The position numbers and the translations under genes are program-made. Positions 11,919 to 22,468 of a DNA stretch of 64,000 nt are shown here, piece after piece. Under the pieces are notes generated by a model. That model did no database searches. It was not told where the DNA came from and worked only from the letters and a program-made list of their open reading frames with translations. The first letter of the stretch is position 1; every line of letters begins with the position of its first letter. This stretch comes from Trypanosoma brucei (lineage: Eukaryota): assembly GCA_000002445.1 (NCBI GenBank), contig CP000070.1:32001-96000 (forward strand), in the 5' to 3' direction.

Positions 11919-12230
11919 ATGTGTAGCTCTGTAGCCATGGCCGAGGTAGCAACAGCCGCCACGACAGCAGCGACGAAGAAGGACAAGAAAGCCCCTCAGG
12001 AGGAGGTTGTCGTGCAGCAGACGGATCAGGCACAAGTTGGTGTAATCATCAAAGTGCTGGGCCGCACTGGTTCCCGTGGTAACGTGACTCAGGTTCGCGT
12101 TCGCCTCATGGCGGAGGAGGGATCACCGGAAGCTAATCGCACGATTGTGCGCAACGTAAAGGGTCCGTGCAAGGAGGGTGACATGCTTTCTCTGATGGAA
12201 ACGGAACGTGAAGCGCGCCGGCTACGCTGA
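11919..12230 (+). CDS. RPS28: 40S ribosomal protein S28e, copy 2 (protein identical to copy 1)
   Basis: Identical 103-aa translation. The upstream ~85 bp, including the polypyrimidine tract ctctcccctatttttttttcttttc + AG, is also duplicated. Confidence 0.9.
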   Translation: MCSSVAMAEVATAATTAATKKDKKAPQEEVVVQQTDQAQVGVIIKVLGRTGSRGNVTQVRVRLMAEEGSPEANRTIVRNVKGPCKEGDMLSLMETEREARRLR

Positions 12231-12610
12231 GTAATGGTTTCATTCTACATCTCTTTAATGTGACCTTTCTCCTTTTCTCTTTTTTCTGTGATCCGTGACT
12301 AACTTTGTTTACTTTTCTGATTGAGATGGCTGGTGCTCCCTTCCCCCCTGTGTTCTTGCTATTTCCCTCCCTTTCGGTTCTCTATCTTCTTATTTGGTGA
12401 CATGTGCCGCCGCGTAAGGATTCATGTTACGGTGGGAATGATTGCATATATTCTTCTTCCCAAGCGGTAGGTAAAAACGCCGAAGCTTTGGGGGAGACCA
12501 AGGCACGCGGTTAAAATGTAAGGAGTTGTAAGGAATGAATTTGATCGGCTTGACTCGTACATCTGTAACGAGCATATTCTCCTCCCTCACCTAATTGTTG
12601 GAGACACAAA

Positions 12611-12621
12611 GGGGGGGGGGG
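12611..12621. repeat. G11 homopolymer
   Basis: Direct read (aaaggggggggggggaattt) in the intergenic region downstream of the RPS28 pair. Confidence 0.9.
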
Positions 12622-13205
12622 AATTTGATTGGCTGTGAGTTGAAAATGATGAAGCACAAGACAAAGTTTTCCATATTTTAGGGTGCGGGAACGTGCGGTG
12701 GATCGATTCTAGCGAAGCCTTAAAGAGGACACCGGACTCAATACTGTAGATTTTTATGATCAATACGACAGCTGAAGCTTATCGTGAGGGATGTTTTTTT
12801 TTTTTTGTGGTCTTAACTCTTAACTCCCAAAGCGATACCTCTACGGTAGTTTAGGAGGGTCAGCGACTCGAGAAAGACCACTCCACTTCTGTCATGCAAC
12901 TGATCATTTGAAGGTGCTGTGGAGTGTCGTTGAGTTGCCGTCTGTCTTCACATTGAATCAAGTGTCTTTTGTTTTCCTGATATGATTGTGCTTACGGATC
13001 GTCAGTGAGCAGGAAGTAACAGGGATTTCCCAGCTTGTTTCTGCTCGGCATGGGGTCAGCGAGTTGCTCCAAAGTAGTGGCAGACGTGTTAGGCGTAAGC
13101 ATTGTGACGGTGCGTGGGTGTTCTCTTCTCTGTCCCTTTTATTACTTTTGAGTCAAGTGGTTTATTTGTTGTGTCGGGATCTGGTTCTCCGCCATATAAT
13201 ATTCA

Positions 13206-14987
13206 GTGTCTTTTTTCTCTCTCTTTTCGAAGATGCAGAAACAGCGTATCACTTTCGATGCTGCGTACAAATTTACCTTGTGGTATTCGCTGCTTTGTGA
13301 GGCGCAGAGGGATCGTGCGAAGTCTGTGGAGCGAGCCCGTCATGGCTCACATGTGAGAGATGTGGCTTCTGTACTCGTGAGGGCATCTTTACCTCGGCGA
13401 GCATATAAGAGTTGCTGCTTAGCCGGTGTGTGTGACCGCGACTCTCTAACACACAAAGCAGTGCATTTTGGAAGACCCGAGGTGCACATCACTCATGGCG
13501 AGCGTGACGATGTGTACCACTGCCTCGCTCACTCAACGGCATGCATTGGTCGCTCTGTTGACTTGTGCGTTAAGAACTACTGCTCTGCAGCACCGCTATC
13601 TGGCGACTGTTATGGTGGTTTGCGCTGCATAATTCAACATTTGCAATTGCGAAGCTTAACCTTTTCTAGCATTACCAGCCTTCATGATGCGCAGCAAGTT
13701 GTCAACACGCTTAGCGCCGCGGTTAGATGCGGCTTGAGGTGGCTGACGCGGCTTAGCATCGGGGGCATTCCCTTGTATGCGGATTTAGGGCCTCTACTGT
13801 ACTCCCTGAGAGAAACAGATGCGATAACGGAGCTACGGCTTGAGGAGTGCGGCATTGAGAATGTTGATGGCTTGGGGCACTACTTGAAGTCGTCCAAAAA
13901 GTTGCAAAAGCTTTCGTTGCGTGGGAACCAAGGGATCTGTGGGGATATGAAGTCTTTGGCCGTTGCAGTCTCTTTGTGTTCGTCACTGCAATCTTTCGAC
14001 GCAGGGTTATGCCGTTTGAATGACACTCATCTAAGTGAATTTCTTCTTGGGTTGGACAACTTTCTTAAGCGAAGCTGCTTTTCACTGGATATGTCTAGCA
14101 ACGTGCTGACCAAGACATGTTTTTTGTGTTTCCTAGAGGCACCACTGGCCTTTCGCAGGGAAGTCACTCAACTTGACATCAGTGGGCATAATTTTAACGG
14201 TGCAGGTGATGGTGCTGCCGCCATGCTGTTGGAACTTCCCGCGCTCCGTGGGGTTGTGTTTGACCGTTGCGACATCGGGTCCCGAGATGTCCAGCGGCTC
14301 GTCCGGGTTTTCACTCGAAAGGATCGCACTTGGAGTTGCCTGTCATTTCGAGGGAGCGCATTGACTTTGAACGATATGAAACGGTTGGTAATGACAACAT
14401 TTGCTGAACGGTCGCGTCTTTGTATAGGAGGTAATAATATTGGCGGTGGTATCCAGAAGTTGTGTCTGAATATTGTGCTTCCTTTTTTATGCGAGTTGGA
14501 CCTCTCCTTGTGTGATATTGGTGACACTGGTGTACTACAGCTCGCTAACAGCATCGAGAAGGCGCAGCCTGTCCCACTGCGTTCATTGCGGTTAGACAAC
14601 AACGGAATCGGCGGTGAAGGCGTGAGGGGCCGTGGCGGTCTTCAGTTTCTCGGCAGGGCGCTGAGATCAAGCTATAGCCCATGTCTTGAGGTGCTTTCTC
14701 TTGCACATAATAAACTTTCGCTAAAGCCACTGTTAACACTTGTGGAGCAGGTTTCATCAACTCTACGCGAGTTGTGCATTTCATACACGCCCATAGCTAG
14801 CGATAGTTGCGAGATGGCGGATCTCGTTGGGCGCATAATGCGTCGTCAAAAAGGGAGTCATGCATTTGACGAATTGGATGTATGGGCGCTGCGCTCTACT
14901 GATCTTGATAGCAGTTGCGGTAGCGAAGCAACGTCATGGTTGGAGAGGCAGAGGGCTGTTCGTGTAATCATGGAAGCAAGGGTGTAA
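13206..14987 (+). CDS. Leucine-rich repeat protein, ribonuclease-inhibitor-like (LRR_RI) type. Hypothetical.
   Basis: 593-aa ORF with repeated LxxLxLxxNxIGxxG-type units (LSLRGNQGICGDM, LDISGHNFNGAGDGAAAMLLEL, LCIGGNNIGGGIQKL, LRLDNNGIGGEGV, LSLAHNKLSLKPL). Start codon uncertain. Confidence 0.55.
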   Translation: MSFFSLFSKMQKQRITFDAAYKFTLWYSLLCEAQRDRAKSVERARHGSHVRDVASVLVRASLPRRAYKSCCLAGVCDRDSLTHKAVHFGRPEVHITHGERDDVYHCLAHSTACIGRSVDLCVKNYCSAAPLSGDCYGGLRCIIQHLQLRSLTFSSITSLHDAQQVVNTLSAAVRCGLRWLTRLSIGGIPLYADLGPLLYSLRETDAITELRLEECGIENVDGLGHYLKSSKKLQKLSLRGNQGICGDMKSLAVAVSLCSSLQSFDAGLCRLNDTHLSEFLLGLDNFLKRSCFSLDMSSNVLTKTCFLCFLEAPLAFRREVTQLDISGHNFNGAGDGAAAMLLELPALRGVVFDRCDIGSRDVQRLVRVFTRKDRTWSCLSFRGSALTLNDMKRLVMTTFAERSRLCIGGNNIGGGIQKLCLNIVLPFLCELDLSLCDIGDTGVLQLANSIEKAQPVPLRSLRLDNNGIGGEGVRGRGGLQFLGRALRSSYSPCLEVLSLAHNKLSLKPLLTLVEQVSSTLRELCISYTPIASDSCEMADLVGRIMRRQKGSHAFDELDVWALRSTDLDSSCGSEATSWLERQRAVRVIMEARV

Positions 14988-15128
14988 CCAGTGGATGTAA
15001 CACCTCATCGTTCTTTATCACTTTATACTTGTCCCGCAGTAGCCGCTTACCTTTGCAAGAAAGTATCACATCAGCTTTGCGTGTGGCATAACCACTTTTT
15101 CGATTATCTTCTTTTTTAAAATCCAAAC

Positions 15129-15710
15129 TTGTCCCTCTCTCGATTTCGTTTTCAACTCTTTTTATGCCGTGTAGTGCGTTGTGCAATGACGGAGCGTTCA
15201 CCGGCGCTTGTACCCGCAGTGTCCCTCTTGCGGGAGGAGTTGCAGCTCCTAAACGGTGTTGTTGAGGGCCAGGCGAGAAGCCGTGTGTATCGGCACCATA
15301 TTTTCTTCCGCAAGGCCAGTTTTTTGCGCTCAGCTTTGAGGAATGCGCTACCGCAATTTGCGCGACGTGCTGCAGATCCCACTGACTTAAGGACTGTGGC
15401 AGGTCGGTTACTTACGTTGACTATTAGGTGTGCGGAGAGTGCGACACTCGAATTAAGTGCATCTCATATTGACACAGTTTCTGTTGCTCTCCTACTTTTG
15501 GCAATTACATCACGAATTGGGTGCGTACTTTGTGTTGTTTTGGGTCGGAAACCAGAAACTTTTGGAAAACTGCATTTTATCGGCTCAAAGTTTGGTGTGA
15601 AGTATAAAAGGTCTCGTTCAGAAGCGGAGTTGGCTGAAGAAACAATTGGAGTTGCCACTCCTATTAGGCGGCGCACGATTGGTGGGGTTATTGAAGCAGT
15701 CATAAAGTGA
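15129..15710 (+). CDS. Possible small hypothetical protein (193-aa ORF; alternative start MTERSP at ~15187)
   Basis: The only sizeable sense-strand ORF in the ~970-bp gap between the LRR gene and RPF2. No recognisable domain. Overlapped by antisense ORFs of similar size, so coding status is uncertain. Confidence 0.2.
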   Translation: MSLSRFRFQLFLCRVVRCAMTERSPALVPAVSLLREELQLLNGVVEGQARSRVYRHHIFFRKASFLRSALRNALPQFARRAADPTDLRTVAGRLLTLTIRCAESATLELSASHIDTVSVALLLLAITSRIGCVLCVVLGRKPETFGKLHFIGSKFGVKYKRSRSEAELAEETIGVATPIRRRTIGGVIEAVIK

Positions 15711-15960
15711 AATACACCGCAAATTTTCCCACTCCCCAACGTGTGAACATTGTTTACTTATGTCTAGCGTCGCGCTGCTTCTTCCCCTCTGTTCCAAGCC
15801 CAGCTACGCAATGCGAATACACTCGGTACATCCCTCAAGTCTTCACTGTATTGCGATTTTTTCCCCCTTCGCTGCTTTTCATCACCTCGTCGCCCTGTTG
15901 TTTGTCCTTTATTGCTACCTTTTCAAGTCTTCCTTCTTCTTCCATCAGAGTAGGTTCGCG

Positions 15961-17073
15961 ATGTCCTCTATCGGTGGCTTCAAGCGCCGTGCGCCCAAGT
16001 CGCTAAAAACACGCCGTGCTTTGAAGAAATATGACCCGAAGGTTGTGGAGAACCCGAAGAAGATTCTATTTTTAAGGGGGACGAAGACGAGCAGCGTTGT
16101 TAACGATGCAATTGTCGACCTCACAGCCGTGACGAAGCCGTATAACAAGCGTTTACAGAAACGTAACGCTTTTTATCCCTTCGATGGACGCGAGCACCTG
16201 GAGTTCCTCGGTTTTAAGAACGACTGCTCATTGTTTTGTTTTGGTAACGACAGCAAAAAGCGACCTCACAACCTCGTAATCGGTCGCCATTTCGATTTCC
16301 ACATTCTTGACATGTTAGAGCTGGGCATCATCGCTGCGGACAGAATGGAAATGCCGCGGGACGAAGCGATTGATCTCGCGTCACTAGGCGGAAAACCCTT
16401 TTTTGTGTTCGAAGGAAGTGAATTTGTGTCTGACCCCACATTCGTACGACTGAAGAACCTCCTCATTGATTTTTTTCGCGGTAGCAGTGAAACGGAAATA
16501 AACCTGGATGGATATGACCGCGTGTTGTCCTTTTCTCTGAGGTCGGCCAATGGTGGGGACGTTTGTGTGCCGCCGGCGACAGATTGTTATGGCACTGGGA
16601 AGCAACAACAGGAAAAGGGGAACACTATTTTGTGCATGCGGCACTATGCACTGCACAAACCGTCCACAGCTGCTGGGATTCCGAGGAACTTTGGCGCAAA
16701 TATCCGACTGTTAGACATTGGACCAAATTTCGATTTTATTCTCCGCCGCGCATCCTTTGCTACACCCGCAGAATTCAAGGTCTCAACCAAACTACCCAAG
16801 GAGGTTTTGGCCACATTACGTTCCACGGCGGCTAACGTAAGCGCAGATCCACTAAATAACCTCCGAGGACAACTACACGTTGGTAAACAGGACGTCCAGC
16901 AGCTCAATCTTCGGCGGTTTAAAGCACATAAAAGGTCAGCTCGCTCTGCAACTGAAGGAGAGAATGATACGCAGCAGAGGGAAGAAGCGGAGGGTGAACC
17001 GATGGTAAAACGTCACCGGCGTAGGCGAGGCAATGAAAATGAGGATGACATAAACCCCGATAGGGATATTTGA
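15961..17073 (+). CDS. Ribosome production factor 2 (RPF2) homologue, Brix-domain ribosome biogenesis protein. Start placed at the internal Met of ORF 15760..17073.
   Basis: From MSSIGGFKRRAPKSLKTRRALKKYDPKVVENPKKILFLRGTKTSSVVNDAIVDLTAVTKP...DCSLFCFGNDSKKRPHNLVIGR the sequence tracks the conserved N-terminus of yeast/human RPF2 (KNARTKRALEKR.PK..EN.K..L.L.G.KTS...LFVFGS.SKKRPNNLV.GR). Basic C-terminal tail. The 67 codons upstream of this Met are hydrophobic/low complexity, probably 5' UTR. Confidence 0.75.
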   Translation: MSSIGGFKRRAPKSLKTRRALKKYDPKVVENPKKILFLRGTKTSSVVNDAIVDLTAVTKPYNKRLQKRNAFYPFDGREHLEFLGFKNDCSLFCFGNDSKKRPHNLVIGRHFDFHILDMLELGIIAADRMEMPRDEAIDLASLGGKPFFVFEGSEFVSDPTFVRLKNLLIDFFRGSSETEINLDGYDRVLSFSLRSANGGDVCVPPATDCYGTGKQQQEKGNTILCMRHYALHKPSTAAGIPRNFGANIRLLDIGPNFDFILRRASFATPAEFKVSTKLPKEVLATLRSTAANVSADPLNNLRGQLHVGKQDVQQLNLRRFKAHKRSARSATEGENDTQQREEAEGEPMVKRHRRRRGNENEDDINPDRDI

Positions 17074-17636
17074 TGGAGAGAAGTGTAATTCGTTTAAACA
17101 GTGAGACTTAAGGCACTCTGTAAGTTTATAAAAATTAGGTGACGGAAAAGCGCGGGGAGCGAGTTCAAGAAAGTAAAGGGAAGAGGAAAGCGAATGTCTT
17201 TGGAGTGTAAAGGGAACAGTGGCAAGTACACGAAAACACGGAGTGACGGCGAATGGTTCTCATTCGTCTGGCAAGCCACTTTTTTTTTTTTACGTGTGTC
17301 ATTTCCACCGCTTTTTCCCCTTTGAGGGGGAAAAATAACACCGTGGACTGAAGTATCAATGCAAGAAACTTCCATGGAGTACAGTTTTTTTTCTCGAGTT
17401 TTTCCTCTTATATCCTTGAACTAACCCTCTGTCTCCGCGTGGAGGGGCTGGTTTTTATATCGTTTCTGTGATTTTATACATCCGCCGAAGATGTAATTGC
17501 GAATAGGAGCGGAATGTTGTGCTCTCCAATTTTTCCGCCCCCTCATTCCTTAAAAAGAAAAAAAAAAGGGTGAATTAGGTTGCAGTGGTTCATAGGGTAG
17601 ACGGCAATCCAAAGGCAGGACCCACTGCATAGAGAT

Positions 17637-18314
17637 ATGCCCCTTCGGTTCACCTCTGCATTTTTGCTCGGTGGCGCCATGAATGTGTTTGTGGGTGGTG
17701 CCGCCTACGCTGCCAGTAAAGCGTACACAAGCCCTTATCCGCAGAATCCAAAGAATTCCGTTGTTTATTTTGATACAGCCGTGCAAGATGGTCATACATG
17801 GTTTGGCACCGCATCCACATCACCCGTGGGGCGCATAGAAATGGAGTTATTCGATGACACGGTCCCCATCACAGCCCGCAACTTTCGTGAACTCTGCCGT
17901 GGGTACACCAAAGCGACACCGGAAGGGAAACCATTGCACTTCAAGGGTTCGATTTTCCATCGTATCATTCCTGATTTTATGATTCAAGGTGGAGATATCA
18001 CAAAAGCTAACGGAACCGGCGGTTGCTCCATCTATGGTGTGCGCTTCAAAGATGAGTCTTTTGAGGCGAAAGCGGGCCGGCATTGTGGTCCTGGTATTTT
18101 GTCAATGGCCAATGCTGGTCGAAACACCAACGGCTCTCAGTTTTTCATTTGTACCGTGCCGTGCCCGTGGCTTGATGGGAAGCATGTGGTGTTCGGGCAG
18201 GTGCTCCGTGGGTTTGATCACGTGAGGTTAATTGAGGGACATGGCACACCGCATGGGAAACCAACCAAAACGGTTATTATTTCTGACAGCGGAGTGCTGA
18301 AGGAACCGGCGTAG
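17637..18314 (+). CDS. Cyclophilin-type peptidyl-prolyl cis-trans isomerase with an N-terminal hydrophobic (signal-like) extension
   Basis: Canonical cyclophilin core: [51 protein letters not shown]. The N-terminal ~30 aa are hydrophobic ([27 protein letters not shown]), suggesting a secretory/ER (CypB-like) or organellar form. Confidence 0.9.
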   Translation: MPLRFTSAFLLGGAMNVFVGGAAYAASKAYTSPYPQNPKNSVVYFDTAVQDGHTWFGTASTSPVGRIEMELFDDTVPITARNFRELCRGYTKATPEGKPLHFKGSIFHRIIPDFMIQGGDITKANGTGGCSIYGVRFKDESFEAKAGRHCGPGILSMANAGRNTNGSQFFICTVPCPWLDGKHVVFGQVLRGFDHVRLIEGHGTPHGKPTKTVIISDSGVLKEPA

Positions 18315-18637
18315 GTGTGTGTTTGTATGGGAAAACGTTATCGCTCATTTAGGCGGCTGCTGGTGCACAAACTTTGTGCGGGCGGTGGCCTTTATTTGTA
18401 TAGCGGGATCACATTAAACTTCATCGGCTGGTGCTCGTATCGGTTGTGACGCGTCTTAAGAGGTAAGATACGTATGAATATGTAAATATCCTCTCGTAAA
18501 AGTTTGTGCCTTTTTGATGAACGTGCTTCAGTTAAGGTATAACACTGTTTTCTCACCGTATTTGCTACCGTTTTTGTCTCTTTTATCAATTTAGGCAACT
18601 TCCTTGTTGGTGAATTAATCATTACTGAGCTGGGACG

Positions 18638-20251
18638 ATGCCAAATGCTATTGGCCTGCATTGCATGAGTCGAATGCGTGAACTGCATCTAAGTGGTTCC
18701 TGCGTCACAGACAGGCATTTATGTAATGTTGGTGTTGGAAAATGCCTTGTGAGATTATCAATCGAGTCATGCACAAATTTGACAGATGTGTCCCTTCTTA
18801 CGGCTGTTGAAACGCTGGAGGAAGTCAGGCTTGACGGCTGCAAGAATGTAGTGAAGGGTATTAATGAATTTGGCCGCATGCCGTACCTTCGTGTGTTAAT
18901 TTTGAAAGAAACGAGTGTTACAGATCGATGTCTGCGTGGGTTCGCCAGTAGCCGCAGCCTTGTGAAGCTCTTCATTGAGTCCTGCTCGCAGCCAACAGAT
19001 GTGTCCCCCATTTCTGCTGTTGAAACGCTGGAGGAAGTCAGGCTTGACGGCTGCAAGAATGTAGTGAAGGGCATTAATGAATTTGGCCGCATGCCGTACC
19101 TTCGTGTGCTCATCTTAAGAGAGGTTGGCGTTACAGATCGATGTCTCCGTGGGCTCAGTTGCTGCCGCAGCCTTGTCGAACTTGCCCTCGAATACTGTTT
19201 ACAACTAACAGACGTGTCACCTATTTCGATGCTTGAGACTCTGCAGAAAGTTCGTTTTGATGGATGTAAGAATGTGGTAAAGGGTTTCGGAGAACTTGGC
19301 AGGGTCCCTTACCTTCAAACGCTTTCCTTGAATGAAACGAATGTGGATGATAGAGCCCTTTTCACACTTCGGGCCACTGGCAGTTTGGTCGAGCTCTCAC
19401 TTGAATCGTGCCCGCAACTCACTGATGTGACACACCTTTCCATGATTGACACGCTGCAAAAGATCGTTCTTGAGGGGTGCGCAAATGTGGCGAAAGGTGT
19501 AGGGCTCTTGGGTAGGCTTCCTGCGCTCCGTGAACTTTATGCTGGTGCAACTTCTATTGCGGATACGTCCATTTCTGCGCTCTCCCGCAGCGGAACACTT
19601 ACAAAGATTGATGTTAAGTTCTGTCAGGGGCTTACGGACGTCTCGCCGCTTGTAGATATGAAACTTCTTGAGGAAATCAATCTTGAGGGGTGCAAAAATG
19701 TCGAACACGGCCTACCATGTTTGGAAAAGCTGAATTTGTTACGTGTACTCCACTTGACGGAAACACAAATGACTGATGACTACTTACGCGGCCTTTGCGC
19801 CAGTTGCAGCATTGTCGTGCTCGACGTCAGTTTGTGTGACCAATTAGTGGACATGTCTCCCCTTGCAAGTATTGAAACGCTTGAAGTTTTAAGGGCCAAC
19901 AATTGCAAAAGTGTGGTGCGAGGTGTCGGTGCACTCGGTGGGCTTCGGGCACTACGTGAGTTGGGCTTAAAAGCAACTATGATCAAAAATAAGTCTCTCT
20001 GTGGTCTCGGGCAAAGTCGTACTCTTGTCCAGATTGATCTAGAGGCATGCGAGCGCTTGACAGATGTCACTCCGCTATCGCAAATAAGAACGTTGGAGGT
20101 TGTCAATCTTAATGGGTGTAAAAACGTAGTTAGTGGTTTGAAATCAATGGCAGTGATGCCGCGGTTGCGCCTGCTGCATCTTATGGATGTGGAATTGGGC
20201 AGCGATGTCTTAGATGAACTAAAGTCAATGAACGTATGGGTTAATAAATAA
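18638..20251 (+). CDS. Leucine-rich repeat protein (LRRP; ESAG8-like LRR architecture)
   Basis: 537-aa ORF built of ~24-residue LRR units in a ~72-aa super-repeat: L..L.L..C..LTDVSPL...ETLE...L.GC.NVVKG. Contains a near-identical internal nucleotide duplication (18800-18900 vs 19016-19116). Confidence 0.7.
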   Translation: MPNAIGLHCMSRMRELHLSGSCVTDRHLCNVGVGKCLVRLSIESCTNLTDVSLLTAVETLEEVRLDGCKNVVKGINEFGRMPYLRVLILKETSVTDRCLRGFASSRSLVKLFIESCSQPTDVSPISAVETLEEVRLDGCKNVVKGINEFGRMPYLRVLILREVGVTDRCLRGLSCCRSLVELALEYCLQLTDVSPISMLETLQKVRFDGCKNVVKGFGELGRVPYLQTLSLNETNVDDRALFTLRATGSLVELSLESCPQLTDVTHLSMIDTLQKIVLEGCANVAKGVGLLGRLPALRELYAGATSIADTSISALSRSGTLTKIDVKFCQGLTDVSPLVDMKLLEEINLEGCKNVEHGLPCLEKLNLLRVLHLTETQMTDDYLRGLCASCSIVVLDVSLCDQLVDMSPLASIETLEVLRANNCKSVVRGVGALGGLRALRELGLKATMIKNKSLCGLGQSRTLVQIDLEACERLTDVTPLSQIRTLEVVNLNGCKNVVSGLKSMAVMPRLRLLHLMDVELGSDVLDELKSMNVWVNK

Positions 20252-22468
20252 AGCGAAAGTGGCATCCATGTACATAGGCATACATGTATGGATACACGGA
20301 TGCACGGGCATCCATAATAATTCTTCATTAGCCGACGGTGAGTGATCGCTACCTTTCTTTTCACTTTCTGTACTAATAAATAAGCAGTTTTGGGTTCACT
20401 TTCTTATGTTCTTATTTTTTTTTTTTTTGCCTTCTCGTTTTATTATTACCAAATGTGGCGTACGAAATATCAGCATTATGTTCGTTTATCTTTTTTTTCT
20501 TTTGTTGTTGTTCCTCCCGCATGTTCACTGCAATCAGTGTGCGCGGTTGCCACTCTTTTGCCTTGTATACGCGCATGTGCATGTACATATGCTTGTCTGT
20601 CTGATAATGCTGCAGCGGTGTTTTTTTTTCTTCTCCCCTTCACGCTCAAATTTCCTCGTCATTGCCGCTGCAGTTTCACCTCCCTTTTTTTTCCCCCTTT
20701 AATTTCAATTTTACACCTCCCCCTTTTTTTCTTTCCATCTTTTTTGAGAATTTGTTTCGCGTCTCGTCGTCTTCCGAGCGTGTCTGCGGGTTTGTTATTT
20801 TGATTACCCGCACATCTTCCACTGAACAGCCGTGTATTTGAGTGAATGTGTAGCGAATGAAGAGGAGAGGGACAACAAAAAACCAAATGAACGATTTGCG
20901 CTTTGTCTCGTTTCCATTTTTTTCCCCCCCTTTTTTTTTACTTCCGTCCATCTCTCCCCTTTCCCTTCCCTTCTTTTTTTTTTTGTTCGACTCGGTTTGT
21001 TGGTGTGTGTTCCAATCTTTCCAGTGGTGATGAAAAAAGAATTTATCCGATTGTTGTGCGTTCCCCTCCCGTTTCTATTGCTTTTCCAACAGACCGTATT
21101 TGCACACACACGCACACACAACACTTTCAACGGTTGTTATATGCCAAATGCCGGATTTTATGCAACGGAGGGATCGCGTCACGAACCGAACTCACAAAAG
21201 CGAAAGAAAAAAAAAAGTGTGACGGGTGGAGGAGGAATTCGGTCTGTAAGTGTTCTTTAATATTACCTACAGCCATCTGCAGTTTGGGAGCGGTGGTGCA
21301 AATAATGTTAAATATTTTTGTAAACTCCACTGCTTGTGTTTGATGTTGCCTACCATGTGGACACCTTTTTCTTTTTCTTTTTCCTTTTCTTTTCTTCTCT
21401 CTCTCTTTCTGCTTTCATGTTGTGGGGACCGGGTTTATGTACTCGTGATCTTGTCGAAGCCGTTTGTAAATTAGTTTCAATATGATCGACAATTTCCAAG
21501 TGATATGTGCCGTGTCTTGGCTGTAACCGTTGGGGCACATGCTTCAGTGCGTTGCCAAAAAAAAAAGGGGGAGGGGAGGTATTTGATGATTTACATCGTC
21601 TCATGGATTCTCACGTTTTCCCTCCTTCTTTTGGAAGTGGATGATTAATTCCATTGATTAATTCCATTTGTAGTTACGTTGTAGCGTCTCATTAAGAAGC
21701 GCAGTGGGGTTTGACTTTACCGGTTGCAACCGCAAAATGCAGGATTGTTAGTGAGGAGGTTGTCATTTGAGAAAAAAAAAGGGAGAGAAAATATGTTGCA
21801 TGCGCTTTCGCGTGTCGGTTGCTCAGTTGTTTGGTTACGGCACATTCCCTTGCGGTGGTCGTAAAACCCATAAGGTGTCAAACGTGTCTTTATATGAAAT
21901 ACGAGTGACAAGGAAAAAAAATAAATAAAATGTGCGAGTGATGGAAATTCCACGCTGCAAAATCGCGCACCTCCGTTCCGCAGAGTATCCGCAAAATGCG
22001 ACTCCAGTGTGTAATGAAGTTGTTGAAATGCGTATAATTGTGGTTACTCGTTGTCCTCTGTTGAACCATCACATATAAATCCCATCAAATTCTTTAGGAA
22101 TCATCTCTGAGGGACATTAACTCATTGTTGTATGTTTTGATGATGTGGAGGGATTTCGCTTGAAGAGGGAAGTGAGCGATTTTACGGGTTGCTGCAGTTT
22201 TTGTTTATAGCCTTGCCGCTCTATTCGCGGTTGGGTGGGTTGCGGGGACGGTACTCACATATCTTTCTTTTTTTTATTTTTATTTTTATTTTTCTTCCGT
22301 ATTTTCGTATCGCCGCTTCATTTCCGTGAGTAGCGAAGTGAAGTTGATGACAAGTAACACTTTTCAATGTTCTTTTTTTCCCCCCACCCTTTGGTTGTTT
22401 GTTGAGTTTCCTTCAACACTATTAGTTAAGTGCCTTTACCAACAGATTTATATAGGTCATAAAGGTAT

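Larger units (their letters stand above)
11310..12266 (+). repeat. Tandem duplication (2 x ~526 bp unit) carrying the RPS28 gene with its 5' splice-acceptor region and ~35 bp of 3' flank
   Basis: ATG to ATG spacing 11393 -> 11919 = 526 bp. The 5' flank from ~11310 is repeated at ~11836. The 3' flank gtaatggttt.attctacatctctttaatgtgac is repeated, then diverges. Confidence 0.85.

Noticed and set aside
20390-21604. Multiple 70-150-aa ORFs on both strands in the pyrimidine-rich region (20390..20803, 20832..21260, 20903..21343, 20804..21130 etc.)
   Set aside because: Extreme low complexity (F/L/S/P runs from T/C tracts; K/R/E/G from the complement). Mutually overlapping. No domain. Consistent with UTR/intergenic sequence.
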